A stretch of DNA of 16,495 bases. It comes from Candidatus Altiarchaeota archaeon (GTDB taxonomy: Archaea > Altiarchaeota > Altiarchaeia > IMC4 > QMZM01). The stretch is from positions 1 through 16,495 of the forward strand of contig JAWAEV010000011.1 in NCBI GenBank assembly GCA_038891095.1, in the 5' to 3' direction. Every line of letters begins with the position of its first letter. Position 1 is the stretch's first letter. A program made the position numbers and the translations under genes. The notes beneath the pieces were generated by a model. That model was not told the DNA's origin, made no database searches, and saw only the letters and a list, made by a program, of their open reading frames with translations. This document shows positions 1-9,090 of the stretch, piece after piece.

Positions 1-676
1 TTGTTGGTTGTGATATTGAGAGTTTTTGTGTTGGGGTTGAGGTGCTTGCTATACTGCCTATTGTTGGAGTGTTTATTTGGAGTTTTGTTGGTTGTGATGC
101 TATTGAGAGTTTTTGTGTTGAGCTTGAGCTTGCTAAGGTTGCTATACTGCCTATTGTTGGAGTGTTTATTTGGAGTTTTGTTGGTTGTGATATTGAGAGT
201 TTTTGTGTTGGGGTTGAGCTTGCTAAGGTTGCTATACTGCCTGTAGATGCTGTGCTTATTTGGAGTTTTGTTGGTTGTGATGCTATTGAGAGTTTTTGTG
301 TTGGGGTTGAGCTTGCTATACTACCTATTGTTGGAGTGCTTATTTGGAGTTTTTCTTCTAAAGAGGATTTTTTAGTATCAGAAATGCTTGTTATGTTTTT
401 CTTTTCACATTTCCCTACTTTGCATATTCCTTTCGTTCCTGAAGGTATTTCATAGCCGCTTTCATCACAACAATAATTGCCAAAGCTGCATCTTTGTACA
501 TCTTTTATGCAGTTGTATTTCTGCTCCTGTTGAATTGCATCTAAAACCAGATCTCTACTCAATGGTGCAGCAAAAATCATTTGTGAAAAAATCGAAAGAG
601 TAAACACTAAGGCAACACAAACAGAAAACAATCTAAAAAGCCAAGCCATTTGCATAATATCCAATTTTTTATTCAT
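1..676 (-). CDS. Secreted/surface protein with N-terminal hydrophobic signal, 6-Cys domain and Ser/Thr/Pro-rich tandem repeats (3' end outside window)
   Basis: Hand translation from ATG 676 stays open for 225 codons to the window edge: MNKKLDIMQMAWLFRLFSVCVALVFTLSIFSQMIFAAPLSRD...NCIKDVQRCSFGNYCCDESGYEIPSGTKGICKVGKCEKKNITS...KLQISTPTIGSIASSTPTQKLSIASQPT... It is absent from the ORF track, probably because no stop lies in the window. The start could also be M8 or M10. Confidence 0.85.
   Translation of the reverse strand, partial: MNKKLDIMQMAWLFRLFSVCVALVFTLSIFSQMIFAAPLSRDLVLDAIQQEQKYNCIKDVQRCSFGNYCCDESGYEIPSGTKGICKVGKCEKKNITSISDTKKSSLEEKLQISTPTIGSIASSTPTQKLSIASQPTKLQISTASTGSIATLASSTPTQKLSISQPTKLQINTPTIGSIATLASSSSTQKLSIASQPTKLQINTPTIGSIASTSTPTQKLSISQPT
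2..352 (-). repeat. Intragenic imperfect tandem repeat, at least 4 units of 84-93 bp
   Basis: Units at 269-352 (84 bp), 179-268 (90), 86-178 (93) and 2-85 (84). All lengths are multiples of 3. Consensus peptide KLQI(N/S)TPTIGSIA(TLA)SSTPTQKLSI(A)SQPT. The array reaches the window edge. Confidence 0.95.
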
Positions 677-784
677 TTTTTATTTTATATTTTTAAATAT
701 TGTTTAATATTTATATAGATTTTACCTTTAAAAATTAGAATATTGTTCAATATTTAGAAATAAGAACAAAAGTCAGTCTATCTC

Positions 785-2071
785 TTATAGCTCCTCTAAA
801 ATTTTTTCAATCTCTACAGTTTTTTGCTCTCCAGTTTTCATATTTCTCAGAGTGACTTTTCCTTCCCTTAGCTCTTTTTGACCAACAATTAAAACTATAG
901 GAATTCCTATAGAACTTGCAAATTCTAATTGTTTGCTTAAATTTCTATTTCTTAGATCTATTGTTGTTGGAATATCTTTCTCTCTCAACTCATTTGCAAT
1001 TTTTAATGTTTCTTCAAATAGAGTTTCATTTGTACTAGCAACAAAAACCTTAGTGTTTGTTTTTTCAAATGAGAAAATTTTTCTCTCTTTTATTATCTCA
1101 ATAATTCTTTCAATTCCTAAACTTATTCCTGTTGCTGGGATTTCCCTTCCAAGAAAAATGCCAATCATTTTGTCATATCTTCCACCACCAGCAATACTGC
1201 CAATGTTTTCAGTAGCTGAAATTTCAAATATTGGGCCAGTATAGTAATCCAAACCACGAGCAAGACTTAAATCAATTTTTACTTCTGAATAATTTCCAAA
1301 TTTGTTTAGATAAGAAAGCAATTTTTTTAGTTCAGATATGCCCTCTTTACCTTCAGGAGATTCCCCAACAAGTTCTTCAGCGCATTGTAAAATTTTTTCA
1401 GGTTCGCCACATATATCTAAAATGTCAAATATTCTCTCAATTTTTTCTGATGAAATTATCTTAGAAAGCTCATCTCTTACACATTCTTTGCCAATTTTAT
1501 CTAACTTATCAATTACTCTGAGAACTTCTATTTCCTTATCCTCATTAACTCCTGAAAATTTTATAATTGCAGAAAGTATTTTCCTATTGTTAAGCCTTAC
1601 TGAAAATTCTCTGAATTTTAATTTTTTTAAAATGAAAATTGCACATGAAATAACTTCTGCATCAGCAAGCATGCTATCGCTACCAATAGTATCAATATCT
1701 GCCTGTAAAAATTCTCTTAATCTGCCTTTTGCTACATCTGAGTAGCGCCAAACTCTATCAATTTGATATCTTTTGAAAGGTAAAGGTAAATTTGGATTCA
1801 TAGCAATAAATCTTGCTAATGGCACTGTAAGATCATATCTCAGGGCAACATCTCTATTGCCTTTATCTTTGAAAACATAAGTTTCATTTAAAATTTCAGA
1901 GCCACCTGCACCTTTAGCTGAGAGTGTGCTCCAATACTCTAATGCAGGCGTTTCTAAAGGTTCAAAACCAAAAATTTCAAAGCCTTTTCTGATTGTGTTT
2001 AGAACAAAATTTCTCAAAATCATATCTTCTGATGAGAAATCTCGCATGCCTTTTACTCTTTCAAGTTTCAT
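785..2071 (-). CDS. hisS: Histidine--tRNA ligase
   Basis: 428 aa with KGMRDF, LRYDLTVPLAR, motif 2 (WRY...GRLREFLQADID), LARGLDYYTG, IAGGGRYD, motif 3 (GISLGIERI) and a C-terminal anticodon-binding domain. Confidence 0.97.
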   Translation of the reverse strand: MKLERVKGMRDFSSEDMILRNFVLNTIRKGFEIFGFEPLETPALEYWSTLSAKGAGGSEILNETYVFKDKGNRDVALRYDLTVPLARFIAMNPNLPLPFKRYQIDRVWRYSDVAKGRLREFLQADIDTIGSDSMLADAEVISCAIFILKKLKFREFSVRLNNRKILSAIIKFSGVNEDKEIEVLRVIDKLDKIGKECVRDELSKIISSEKIERIFDILDICGEPEKILQCAEELVGESPEGKEGISELKKLLSYLNKFGNYSEVKIDLSLARGLDYYTGPIFEISATENIGSIAGGGRYDKMIGIFLGREIPATGISLGIERIIEIIKERKIFSFEKTNTKVFVASTNETLFEETLKIANELREKDIPTTIDLRNRNLSKQLEFASSIGIPIVLIVGQKELREGKVTLRNMKTGEQKTVEIEKILEEL

Positions 2072-2106
2072 ATTTGTTATTTAGACACCAATCAATATAT
2101 TTTATT
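2072..2106. promoter_or_regulatory. Probable overlapping divergent archaeal promoters (hisS / flavin reductase)
   Basis: Only 35 bp lie between the divergent ATGs. AT-rich TATA-like tracts sit about 25-30 nt upstream of each start (TTATTTA near 2077-2083 on +; AATATAT near 2096-2102 on -). AT richness limits specificity. Confidence 0.4.
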
Positions 2107-2631
2107 ATGGAAGTAAAACCTGAAAATTTCTATAAAATTTTGGCTCCAAGAATAACTGCGCTTATAACAACAATTGATTCTAAAGATAGGATTAATGCAG
2201 CACCTTTCAGCTTTATTATGCCAATTTCATTTCAGCCACCCTTTCTTACATTTTCCTGTGGTCATGGAAAAGACACTTTACTGAATGTAAGAGAAACTAA
2301 GGAATTTGTTGTTAATTTACCATCGGAAGAAATTTTAGAGAAAGTTTTAAGATGTAGTGAGAGATTTCCAAGAGGAGTCAGCGAATTGGAGAGAGTAGGG
2401 CTAACAGCTGAGAAAGCAAAAAAAATAAAACCACCAAGAGTTAAGGAATGCTTTGCATGGCTTGAATGCAAATTTGAATTTGAGAAAGAATTTGGCGACC
2501 ATGTATTAATTGTTGGAAAAGTTTTGTGTGCTGAGGTGAAAGATAATTTTTTGGATGTAAAAAAAGCAAAATTGCCTTTGCATATCACAGGTAGAGAATT
2601 TGCGATTGCTAATAGAGCTGTGAAGGTTTAA
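2107..2631 (+). CDS. Flavin reductase-like (FMN-binding split barrel) family protein
   Basis: 174 aa from MEVKPENF, with PRITALITT...NAAPFSF, DTLLNVRETKEFVVN, PPRVKEC and GDHVLIVGKV. The ORF-track start (1993) overlaps hisS, so ATG 2107 is preferred. Confidence 0.9.
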   Translation: MEVKPENFYKILAPRITALITTIDSKDRINAAPFSFIMPISFQPPFLTFSCGHGKDTLLNVRETKEFVVNLPSEEILEKVLRCSERFPRGVSELERVGLTAEKAKKIKPPRVKECFAWLECKFEFEKEFGDHVLIVGKVLCAEVKDNFLDVKKAKLPLHITGREFAIANRAVKV

Positions 2632-2744
2632 TAGGATCACTCTTAACTTCTTTCGCAATTATCTTAGAGTCTTCCATGTTTTTTACTACATCTTAACATT
2701 TTCTTTTTTGAATTTATTACTTTTGCAAAGGAAGTATAAAAAGA

Positions 2745-3791
2745 TTAGATTTTGTGATACCTGCTAAAAATTTCCTTCAATTTTTTTAAAGTTTCCTTAG
2801 TTGAAGATAAAATTCCATTAGATGGAATTTTTTCAGAAAATTCTCCGAGAAGTGCAAGAACAATTTCATAATTTGACTTTGCTAAGGCTTCTAAGTTATA
2901 ACCACCTTCTAACTCAACAAAAATTTTTCCATTGCAAAATTGCTCTGCTTTTTTTCTTAGCAAAGAAGTCATTTCACCATATGCTTGCTCAGTCAACTTT
3001 ATGCTACCAAGGGGATCATCCTTGTGAGAATCTTGACCTGCTGAAATGACAATTAGTTCCGGCTTAAAGGAATCAATTAGAGGTAAGATAAACTCATGAA
3101 AAATGTACAAATAGTCAGAATTTCCAGAATTTGGTTGCATTGGAATATTAACAGTGTAACCTTCACCTCTGCCAACACCAATTTGCTCAATAAATCCTGT
3201 CCCAGGATAAAAATTTTTTGGATCTTGATGAAGAGAGATATTTAAAACTGTTGGGTCATCATAAAAAATTTCCATTGTGCCATTTGCAGCATGGACATCC
3301 CAATCAACAAGGAAAATTTTTTTAATTGAAAATTTTTCCTGTAGGTAGCGGATTGCGATTGCTACATTGTTAAAATAACAGAACCCCATCGCTCTATCAG
3401 AGCAGGCATGATGCCCAGGTGGCCTAACAAGAGCAAATGAATTATTAAATTTTTCATTAGCAACAGCATTAGAAGCAAGCATTACGCCACCAGCTGCCAG
3501 TTTTGCAATCTCGTAAGTTTTCTCATTTGCAAAAGTATCTGCATCTATGAAACCACCACCTGAAAAGCAAAAATTTTTGATAAATTCAACATGTCTCATT
3601 GTATGAACTCTCAGCAAGTCTTTTTCAGTTGCCATATCTGGAGTTAAAATTGAAATTCTCTCAAAAATTCCTTTCTCTTTGAAATATTCCAAAGTTCTAA
3701 TTAACCTTTCTTTTCTCTCTGGATGATGTAATGTAGCATTATGTAAAAGATAATCCTTATGATAAATCAAAGCTGTTTTCTTCTTTATCAT
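2745..3791 (-). CDS. Zn-dependent histone deacetylase / acetylpolyamine amidohydrolase family protein
   Basis: 348 aa from MIKKKTALIYH, with HPERKERL, RPPGHHA, MGFCYFNNVA, DWDVHAANGT, SAGQDSHKDDPLG and LEGGY. The start lies 1 nt after the upstream stop (TAA-A-ATG). Confidence 0.93.
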   Translation of the reverse strand: MIKKKTALIYHKDYLLHNATLHHPERKERLIRTLEYFKEKGIFERISILTPDMATEKDLLRVHTMRHVEFIKNFCFSGGGFIDADTFANEKTYEIAKLAAGGVMLASNAVANEKFNNSFALVRPPGHHACSDRAMGFCYFNNVAIAIRYLQEKFSIKKIFLVDWDVHAANGTMEIFYDDPTVLNISLHQDPKNFYPGTGFIEQIGVGRGEGYTVNIPMQPNSGNSDYLYIFHEFILPLIDSFKPELIVISAGQDSHKDDPLGSIKLTEQAYGEMTSLLRKKAEQFCNGKIFVELEGGYNLEALAKSNYEIVLALLGEFSEKIPSNGILSSTKETLKKLKEIFSRYHKI

Positions 3792-3792
3792 T

Positions 3793-4269
3793 TTATAAAA
3801 ATAAATGCAGCAACTGCTCTGACAAGCCAACAAAAATTGCATATCTCACAATTTTGCTGATAAAAACAATAAAGAAAAATTCTTCAAATTTCATTTTTGT
3901 TAGTCCTGGTAAAATTGTTATTACATCCACAGGAATTCCAGGAATTGGTAGTGTTAGGACAATGAAAAGACCACTCCAACCATACTTATTCATAAATTTT
4001 CCTGCACTTAAAATTTTTTCTTTACTTACATATCTCTCAATTGTTCTTTTACTGAGTGCAAATCCTATAGCATAATTTACGCAAGTTCCAAGTGTAGAAC
4101 CAAAAGATAAAACAAAAATCACGGCATATATGTCCTTCAAATGAAGAAGAAAAACTGGAATCAAGAGTTCAGTAGCAAAGGGAAAGAAAACAGTTGAACT
4201 TAAAAATGATGCTAAAAAAAGCCCAAAAAAACCATACTGAATTAAAATTTTTGATATAGATTCAAACAT
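3793..4269 (-). CDS. VTT domain / YqaA-DedA-like membrane protein
   Basis: 158 aa hydrophobic protein from MFESISK, with GLFLASFLSSTVFFPFATE, GSTLGTCVNYAIG, KYGWSGLF, PIPGIPVDVITILPG and KIVRY. The start lies 1 nt after the polC stop. Confidence 0.85.
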   Translation of the reverse strand: MFESISKILIQYGFFGLFLASFLSSTVFFPFATELLIPVFLLHLKDIYAVIFVLSFGSTLGTCVNYAIGFALSKRTIERYVSKEKILSAGKFMNKYGWSGLFIVLTLPIPGIPVDVITILPGLTKMKFEEFFFIVFISKIVRYAIFVGLSEQLLHLFL

Positions 4270-4270
4270 T

Positions 4271-7200
4271 TTACATGAAATCCCCCAAGCAAACTTGTTT
4301 TGATAAGTCATTCACAAATAATGAATCAATTTCTTTTTGGAGCAATATAATTCTTTGTCTTAAATACTGAGAAACTTTATATCTCTCGATCAATTTAAGA
4401 GATATTTCAATGTATTTCCTTATTGTGCCTTCTGTTACCGTAAGCAGCAATTTGCCACCGCACTTTGTACATTTTCCTATAAGTGGTATTCTTCTATAAG
4501 ATTTATTACATTTAATGCATCTAAATTTTTGTTTTGAGAATGCTCTTAGATTTCCATAGCAATCTCTAAGAAAGTGAGAATTTATTACTAATTCTGCAAC
4601 TTCGTTCTCATCAACAGCCCTTATCTTTTCTGCAACTCTAAGTTGAGAATTAACTTTGTCCATCATTGCTTTCAATTTTACATAATTTGATTCAAGAACC
4701 TCACCAGAAATATCACTTGTTGAATGAGTGAATTTTATGCCGCTGTATGGATCTGTTTTAAGGATGCTCTGAACTGTTGCTATTTTAATATCTGCAGGAT
4801 TTTTTCTTTCTTGTGTTGCTCTGTAAAATTCTATACCATACTCACTAACAATTTCCATCTTATGAACTTCGTCATCCACTTCTTTAGCATCAAGAATTGT
4901 TGAAATTACAAGTGGTGCGTCCATTTGTCCGCCTCTTTTTTCTGGAAGGTATTTTCTCGAGAAATTTAATAACACATCTAAAAGTAGCATAATTGAATCT
5001 TCATCACCATCGCAGTTCCTTCGCTTAGCAGCATGCCAATATGGATGTGCAAAACATACATTTGCCCTTGTTGTTCCAATGATTCTGCCAATAATTCCAG
5101 CTGATGTGTGAGGTGCCAAACCAACTACTAAAGCTCCAATTAAATCCTCCTTATTCTCTGCATTATAAAATTTCTTCATGTGATAGATCTTTTCTAACTC
5201 CTCATCGACAAATTTTGAAACTCTGAAAAGATATTCAAGTCCATTTTCATTTAGAATTATATCCTGAACCTTTAACTCTAAAATTTGTTCATCACTCTTT
5301 AATTCATTTCCTTCTATGTCTTTCTCATAACCTAATTTCTTTAGCTTTTCTATGCTAACATTTGCTTCTTTTGGCTTAAAGTGAGTTAATGGCACATTTG
5401 TTGCATCATATCTTATAGTTCCATCTTTGAAAACATATAAGCTATTTTTTGCTCTCAATATGCCCTTCTCCAATAACTCTGGAATCTTGTAAGTGGATAT
5501 TAAGCCAATGACTCCTTTTACTTCGCTATGGCCAACATTATCAATAGCATTTTTCCATAAAGTTGCGAGATCTATATCCTGCTTGTCATAGTAAACAGTC
5601 CTTGCTTTGCATTTTATGCATATATCCTCATCAGAAAAATTCTTACATAGAGGACAAATTCTTTTCAGAGTTGTTTTTTCACCACATTTCTGGCATATTG
5701 GAAAGATAGCTCTTGAGTTGCATTTTTCACACTTAAAATTTGCCAATTCTACTGAAATTATGTTTTTCTCTGCTGCAACATTTATACTTCTTTCCTTTCC
5801 ACCAAAAAGTCCAACAGGAAAGAGTGAATGCACTGGTGGGGCTAACTTTCTTTCTTTTGCTTTCTCAGGGCGCCCCATCCTTGCAGCGATATATGTGCCA
5901 ATTTTCCTTCTTATCTTTACATTAGAAATCTTCTCAATGAAGTCAAATGCATTATCATCAGGGGAAAACTCTTTAATTTTCTCAACAAAATTTTCCTTTG
6001 AAATTTTTCCCTCATTATAGATTCCCATCTGCATCAGCAAAGGTAGGAATGTATTTTCCTCAATGAAAATTTTATCATCTCTAACTTGATGTTCTGCATA
6101 GAGGCACTCCAAAACTCTTTTTGCTTCACAATCATTGTTCTGCAAAACAAAAAATTTATCTTCTATTTTTCCAGAAAAAAACCAATTTGCCAATTTCTCT
6201 AGCTCTTTAATGCTTATGTCCTCCCATGGATATGTATAGCGAGGATGCAATGGCACAGAAAATTTTTTAGAAATTTCTATTGCTTCTATAGCTGAGATTT
6301 TTTTTATCTCTCTTGGTAAATCTGCTGCTACCTCTTTCAATTCTTGAATCCAAAATTCTTCACAATAGCCAGAAGGCATTAAAGGAGTGTTACTTTGCAA
6401 GAAATCTCCATAACTTATGAGTATATCACCTAAAAATAAAATTTCTTGAACATAGTCTTTTAATTTCTTTGCCATCTCAGTTGTTTCAACCCTTAGAACA
6501 GAACCATCTTTTAGTTTTACAACAGGACACTCAATTTCATCGCAAGGAGTTATAACACATCCCTTTCCAGGAGATTCTATCTTAAGCTGAGTTCCGGTTG
6601 CAATAAAGTTATCAAGTAAAATTTGAGTTGCAGGATGTATACATTTTGCAGCAATTCCTGAAGCTCTGCTTCTACCATATCTAAGTCTAAATCCACCTTT
6701 TTTAGATTGTGATGAAAATATTGGTCTGCCTCCGACAATTTCTAACATAAATTTTGGTTGTGGCTTTAGTTCATTATTTGCTGTTGTATTTACTTTTTTA
6801 ATCGATGCCAACCAACTCCAATCCAAGCCAATTGAAGCTGCATATTTCATAACCTTTGCAGATTTTTGTGCTATACCCTCAGCAATCACTAAGCACATGC
6901 CACTTCTTATTCTGTTTGTTTCAACTCTTTTTAGATCGCGATGAATTGCAACCTCCATCTCTTCAGTTGGATCGCCATCAACACAGACAGGTAAATTTTT
7001 TAAAATTTCTCTAATCTCGTCATCACTTGGCAAATATTGTAGCCTTGAAATGCGATCATTGTAAAGTTTTATTTCTTCAACATAACGCTCAATTTCCTCA
7101 TTTGTTGGCCTATATCCCTGAAGTTTTAATTTTTTTTGTATATAGTCAGCAAATACAACAGATATACCTTGAGCAGTTCCACCAGCTGATCTTATAGGTC

Positions 7201-7603
7201 CAGAAAAATAAATTGAAATGTAACGAGAGCTATCAGGGTTATCTAAAATTTTAACTTTTGCTATTCCTTCAATTGGTGCTGCAACTACGCCTTCGGTTAA
7301 GATTGCAAGTGCTGTTCTTATTGCCTTCTCTATACGATTCTCAATCTCTTCTTTCTTTAGGAAGATTACATCTTCACCTAAGATGTCATCTATAATATCA
7401 GTTATATTACTCCTACCAAATTTTCTTATCTTTGATGCAATTCCAGCTAAACCAACAAGACCCTCAACTCTTGTTGCCAAATCTCCAGCAGGTATTGCTT
7501 CAACTTCAATGTCTGGATCTATTGCCTCAGCTCTTGCTTTACTTGCAATATCATATGCATCTGAAATTTTCTTTTTTAATTCAGAGAAATATTCATCATT
7601 CAT
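4271..7603 (-). CDS. polC: DNA polymerase D large subunit DP2, intein-free
   Basis: 1110 aa from MNDEYF, with LTEGVVAAPIEGI, GPIRSAGGTAQ, GGFRLRYGRSR, ARMGRPEKAKER, catalytic HAAKRRNCDGDED, RGGQMDAPL, several CxxC Zn modules and a C-terminal PIP-box-like QVCLGDFM. Confidence 0.97.
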   Translation of the reverse strand: MNDEYFSELKKKISDAYDIASKARAEAIDPDIEVEAIPAGDLATRVEGLVGLAGIASKIRKFGRSNITDIIDDILGEDVIFLKKEEIENRIEKAIRTALAILTEGVVAAPIEGIAKVKILDNPDSSRYISIYFSGPIRSAGGTAQGISVVFADYIQKKLKLQGYRPTNEEIERYVEEIKLYNDRISRLQYLPSDDEIREILKNLPVCVDGDPTEEMEVAIHRDLKRVETNRIRSGMCLVIAEGIAQKSAKVMKYAASIGLDWSWLASIKKVNTTANNELKPQPKFMLEIVGGRPIFSSQSKKGGFRLRYGRSRASGIAAKCIHPATQILLDNFIATGTQLKIESPGKGCVITPCDEIECPVVKLKDGSVLRVETTEMAKKLKDYVQEILFLGDILISYGDFLQSNTPLMPSGYCEEFWIQELKEVAADLPREIKKISAIEAIEISKKFSVPLHPRYTYPWEDISIKELEKLANWFFSGKIEDKFFVLQNNDCEAKRVLECLYAEHQVRDDKIFIEENTFLPLLMQMGIYNEGKISKENFVEKIKEFSPDDNAFDFIEKISNVKIRRKIGTYIAARMGRPEKAKERKLAPPVHSLFPVGLFGGKERSINVAAEKNIISVELANFKCEKCNSRAIFPICQKCGEKTTLKRICPLCKNFSDEDICIKCKARTVYYDKQDIDLATLWKNAIDNVGHSEVKGVIGLISTYKIPELLEKGILRAKNSLYVFKDGTIRYDATNVPLTHFKPKEANVSIEKLKKLGYEKDIEGNELKSDEQILELKVQDIILNENGLEYLFRVSKFVDEELEKIYHMKKFYNAENKEDLIGALVVGLAPHTSAGIIGRIIGTTRANVCFAHPYWHAAKRRNCDGDEDSIMLLLDVLLNFSRKYLPEKRGGQMDAPLVISTILDAKEVDDEVHKMEIVSEYGIEFYRATQERKNPADIKIATVQSILKTDPYSGIKFTHSTSDISGEVLESNYVKLKAMMDKVNSQLRVAEKIRAVDENEVAELVINSHFLRDCYGNLRAFSKQKFRCIKCNKSYRRIPLIGKCTKCGGKLLLTVTEGTIRKYIEISLKLIERYKVSQYLRQRIILLQKEIDSLFVNDLSKQVCLGDFM

Positions 7604-9089
7604 TTTTGAAATGTATTGCATGAAGTTCAAAATTTTGTAAATTTATTACAGGAACAACTGCAGGTGTAGGCACATGTCCCAATTGCTCTTGATATTTTGT
7701 TCTACCTTGAAAAGTTCCTGAGTTGATAACTCTAACTCCTCTATAGGTAGCATATCCATTTGTATGCACATGTCCGCAATGAAGTATGTCAGGAATGTCA
7801 TCAATAAAAAGAACATCTTTTTTTTCTGGAGAAATTAGATCATTTCCATAGCTAGGAACAAGGTATCTTTTTTTTAGGTATTCTATCATTGCAGTTTCTG
7901 GATGTGAATAACTACAATAAGATAAGGAGCTTATTATATTATCCAAAGAAGTTCCATGGTAGATGAGTGTTTTAACATTGTGAGTTTCAACTTGTGCAGG
8001 ATTGCCAACAAGATGTACATTTTCCAGATCATATAACTTCGGAGCGATATCTTTACTTATTTTTGGTTGTGGCTCTGAGCTGCGAACAGCATCGTGATTT
8101 CCAACAGAAATTACAATTTCTATATAACTAGGAATTTCCATAAGTAATTCTGCGAAATAGTCATATTGCTTATAAATATCAGGAATTGAAAGTTCATATT
8201 CTTGCGTAGGATAAATTCCAATACCATCAACTAAATCGCCTGCTATAAAAATATATTTCACTTTCTCAGCAATTTCTTTATTGTTGTTATCTTTCAAATT
8301 TAACCAATCAATAAATTTACTAAATTCTTTTTTTAGGAAGAGATAGCTACCAACATGTATATCAGAGAGAAATGCTAAATGAACTGGCTCTTCAGCATTT
8401 TTTGGTTGATGCACCATTGGTAATTCAGGCTCAACAAAATCATTTGCTATGAATAAATTATTTCTAAATACTCCTGTTACGCCTATAACAGTGTCGAGCA
8501 AAATCCCTTCATATGCCTCTTGCAATCTCTCATTTTCCTTCGGTATTAAAATTGTTAGTTCACCTGTTGGATCCTCAACATCTAAAAATTTATAGCCCTT
8601 TTTACTTTCCCTCTTTTCTCTAACCATAACTATCAATGACAAATTTTCATTTGGATACTTCTTTAAATTTTTTATTTGTATTGTTCCAGCCATATTTGGC
8701 CTTTCCCTTATAACACTTGCTAAGTTGTTATACTTCTGATTAAAATATTCAAGAAAGTCTTCAATCTTGCCAGAACATGTTGAATTTCCACTGATCTCTT
8801 TTTTATTAGAAATTTTTAGTTCAGATGAAATTTCCTCTGAAAAAATTTTTTTTGATGGACGAATAACTTCAACTTTTTGTTTTTCTATTTCCCCTTTGAC
8901 TTTCTCTTCCTTGATAACAAATTCCTCAATAAATTCTTGGGTTATAAGCCATTGTCTCTCGCTAATCGCTCTTTCTATTATTAAATCAATGTCGATGCCA
9001 TTTTTAATGATAGCATTAAATGCATGAGTTGTTAAAATTAGATTATTCTTAGCAAACTTCTCTATTATTATATCCGAACAAACAACCAT
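7596..9089 (-). CDS. polB: DNA polymerase D small (3'-5' proofreading) subunit DP1
   Basis: 497 aa from MVVCSD, with an OB fold (EDPTG) and calcineurin-like phosphoesterase motifs SDIHVGS, AGDLVDGIGIYP, GNHD, YHG, HCGHVH and INSGTFQ. Overlaps polC by 8 nt. Confidence 0.96.
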   Translation of the reverse strand: MVVCSDIIIEKFAKNNLILTTHAFNAIIKNGIDIDLIIERAISERQWLITQEFIEEFVIKEEKVKGEIEKQKVEVIRPSKKIFSEEISSELKISNKKEISGNSTCSGKIEDFLEYFNQKYNNLASVIRERPNMAGTIQIKNLKKYPNENLSLIVMVREKRESKKGYKFLDVEDPTGELTILIPKENERLQEAYEGILLDTVIGVTGVFRNNLFIANDFVEPELPMVHQPKNAEEPVHLAFLSDIHVGSYLFLKKEFSKFIDWLNLKDNNNKEIAEKVKYIFIAGDLVDGIGIYPTQEYELSIPDIYKQYDYFAELLMEIPSYIEIVISVGNHDAVRSSEPQPKISKDIAPKLYDLENVHLVGNPAQVETHNVKTLIYHGTSLDNIISSLSYCSYSHPETAMIEYLKKRYLVPSYGNDLISPEKKDVLFIDDIPDILHCGHVHTNGYATYRGVRVINSGTFQGRTKYQEQLGHVPTPAVVPVINLQNFELHAIHFKNE

Positions 9090-9090
9090 T

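Noticed and set aside
1-352. Possible CRISPR array
   Set aside because: Units are contiguous near-copies with no unique spacers, lengths are multiples of 3 within an ORF, and there are no cas genes in the window.
1-603. Plus-strand ORFs 1-246, 42-455 and 388-603, which look hydrophobic
   Set aside because: They are antisense shadows of the minus-strand repeat protein, which has a coherent signal/Cys-domain/stalk architecture.
2632-2744. Short minus-strand frame (MEDSKIIAKEVKSDP...) or structured RNA in the convergent intergenic gap
   Set aside because: The frame is too short and runs into the flavin reductase 3' end. No convincing hairpin or tRNA fold was seen, only T-rich tracts compatible with archaeal termination.
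4995-5045. Intein in DP2 at the usual RRN/CDGDED site
   Set aside because: The sequence reads HAAKRRNCDGDED without interruption, and the protein length fits an intein-free DP2.
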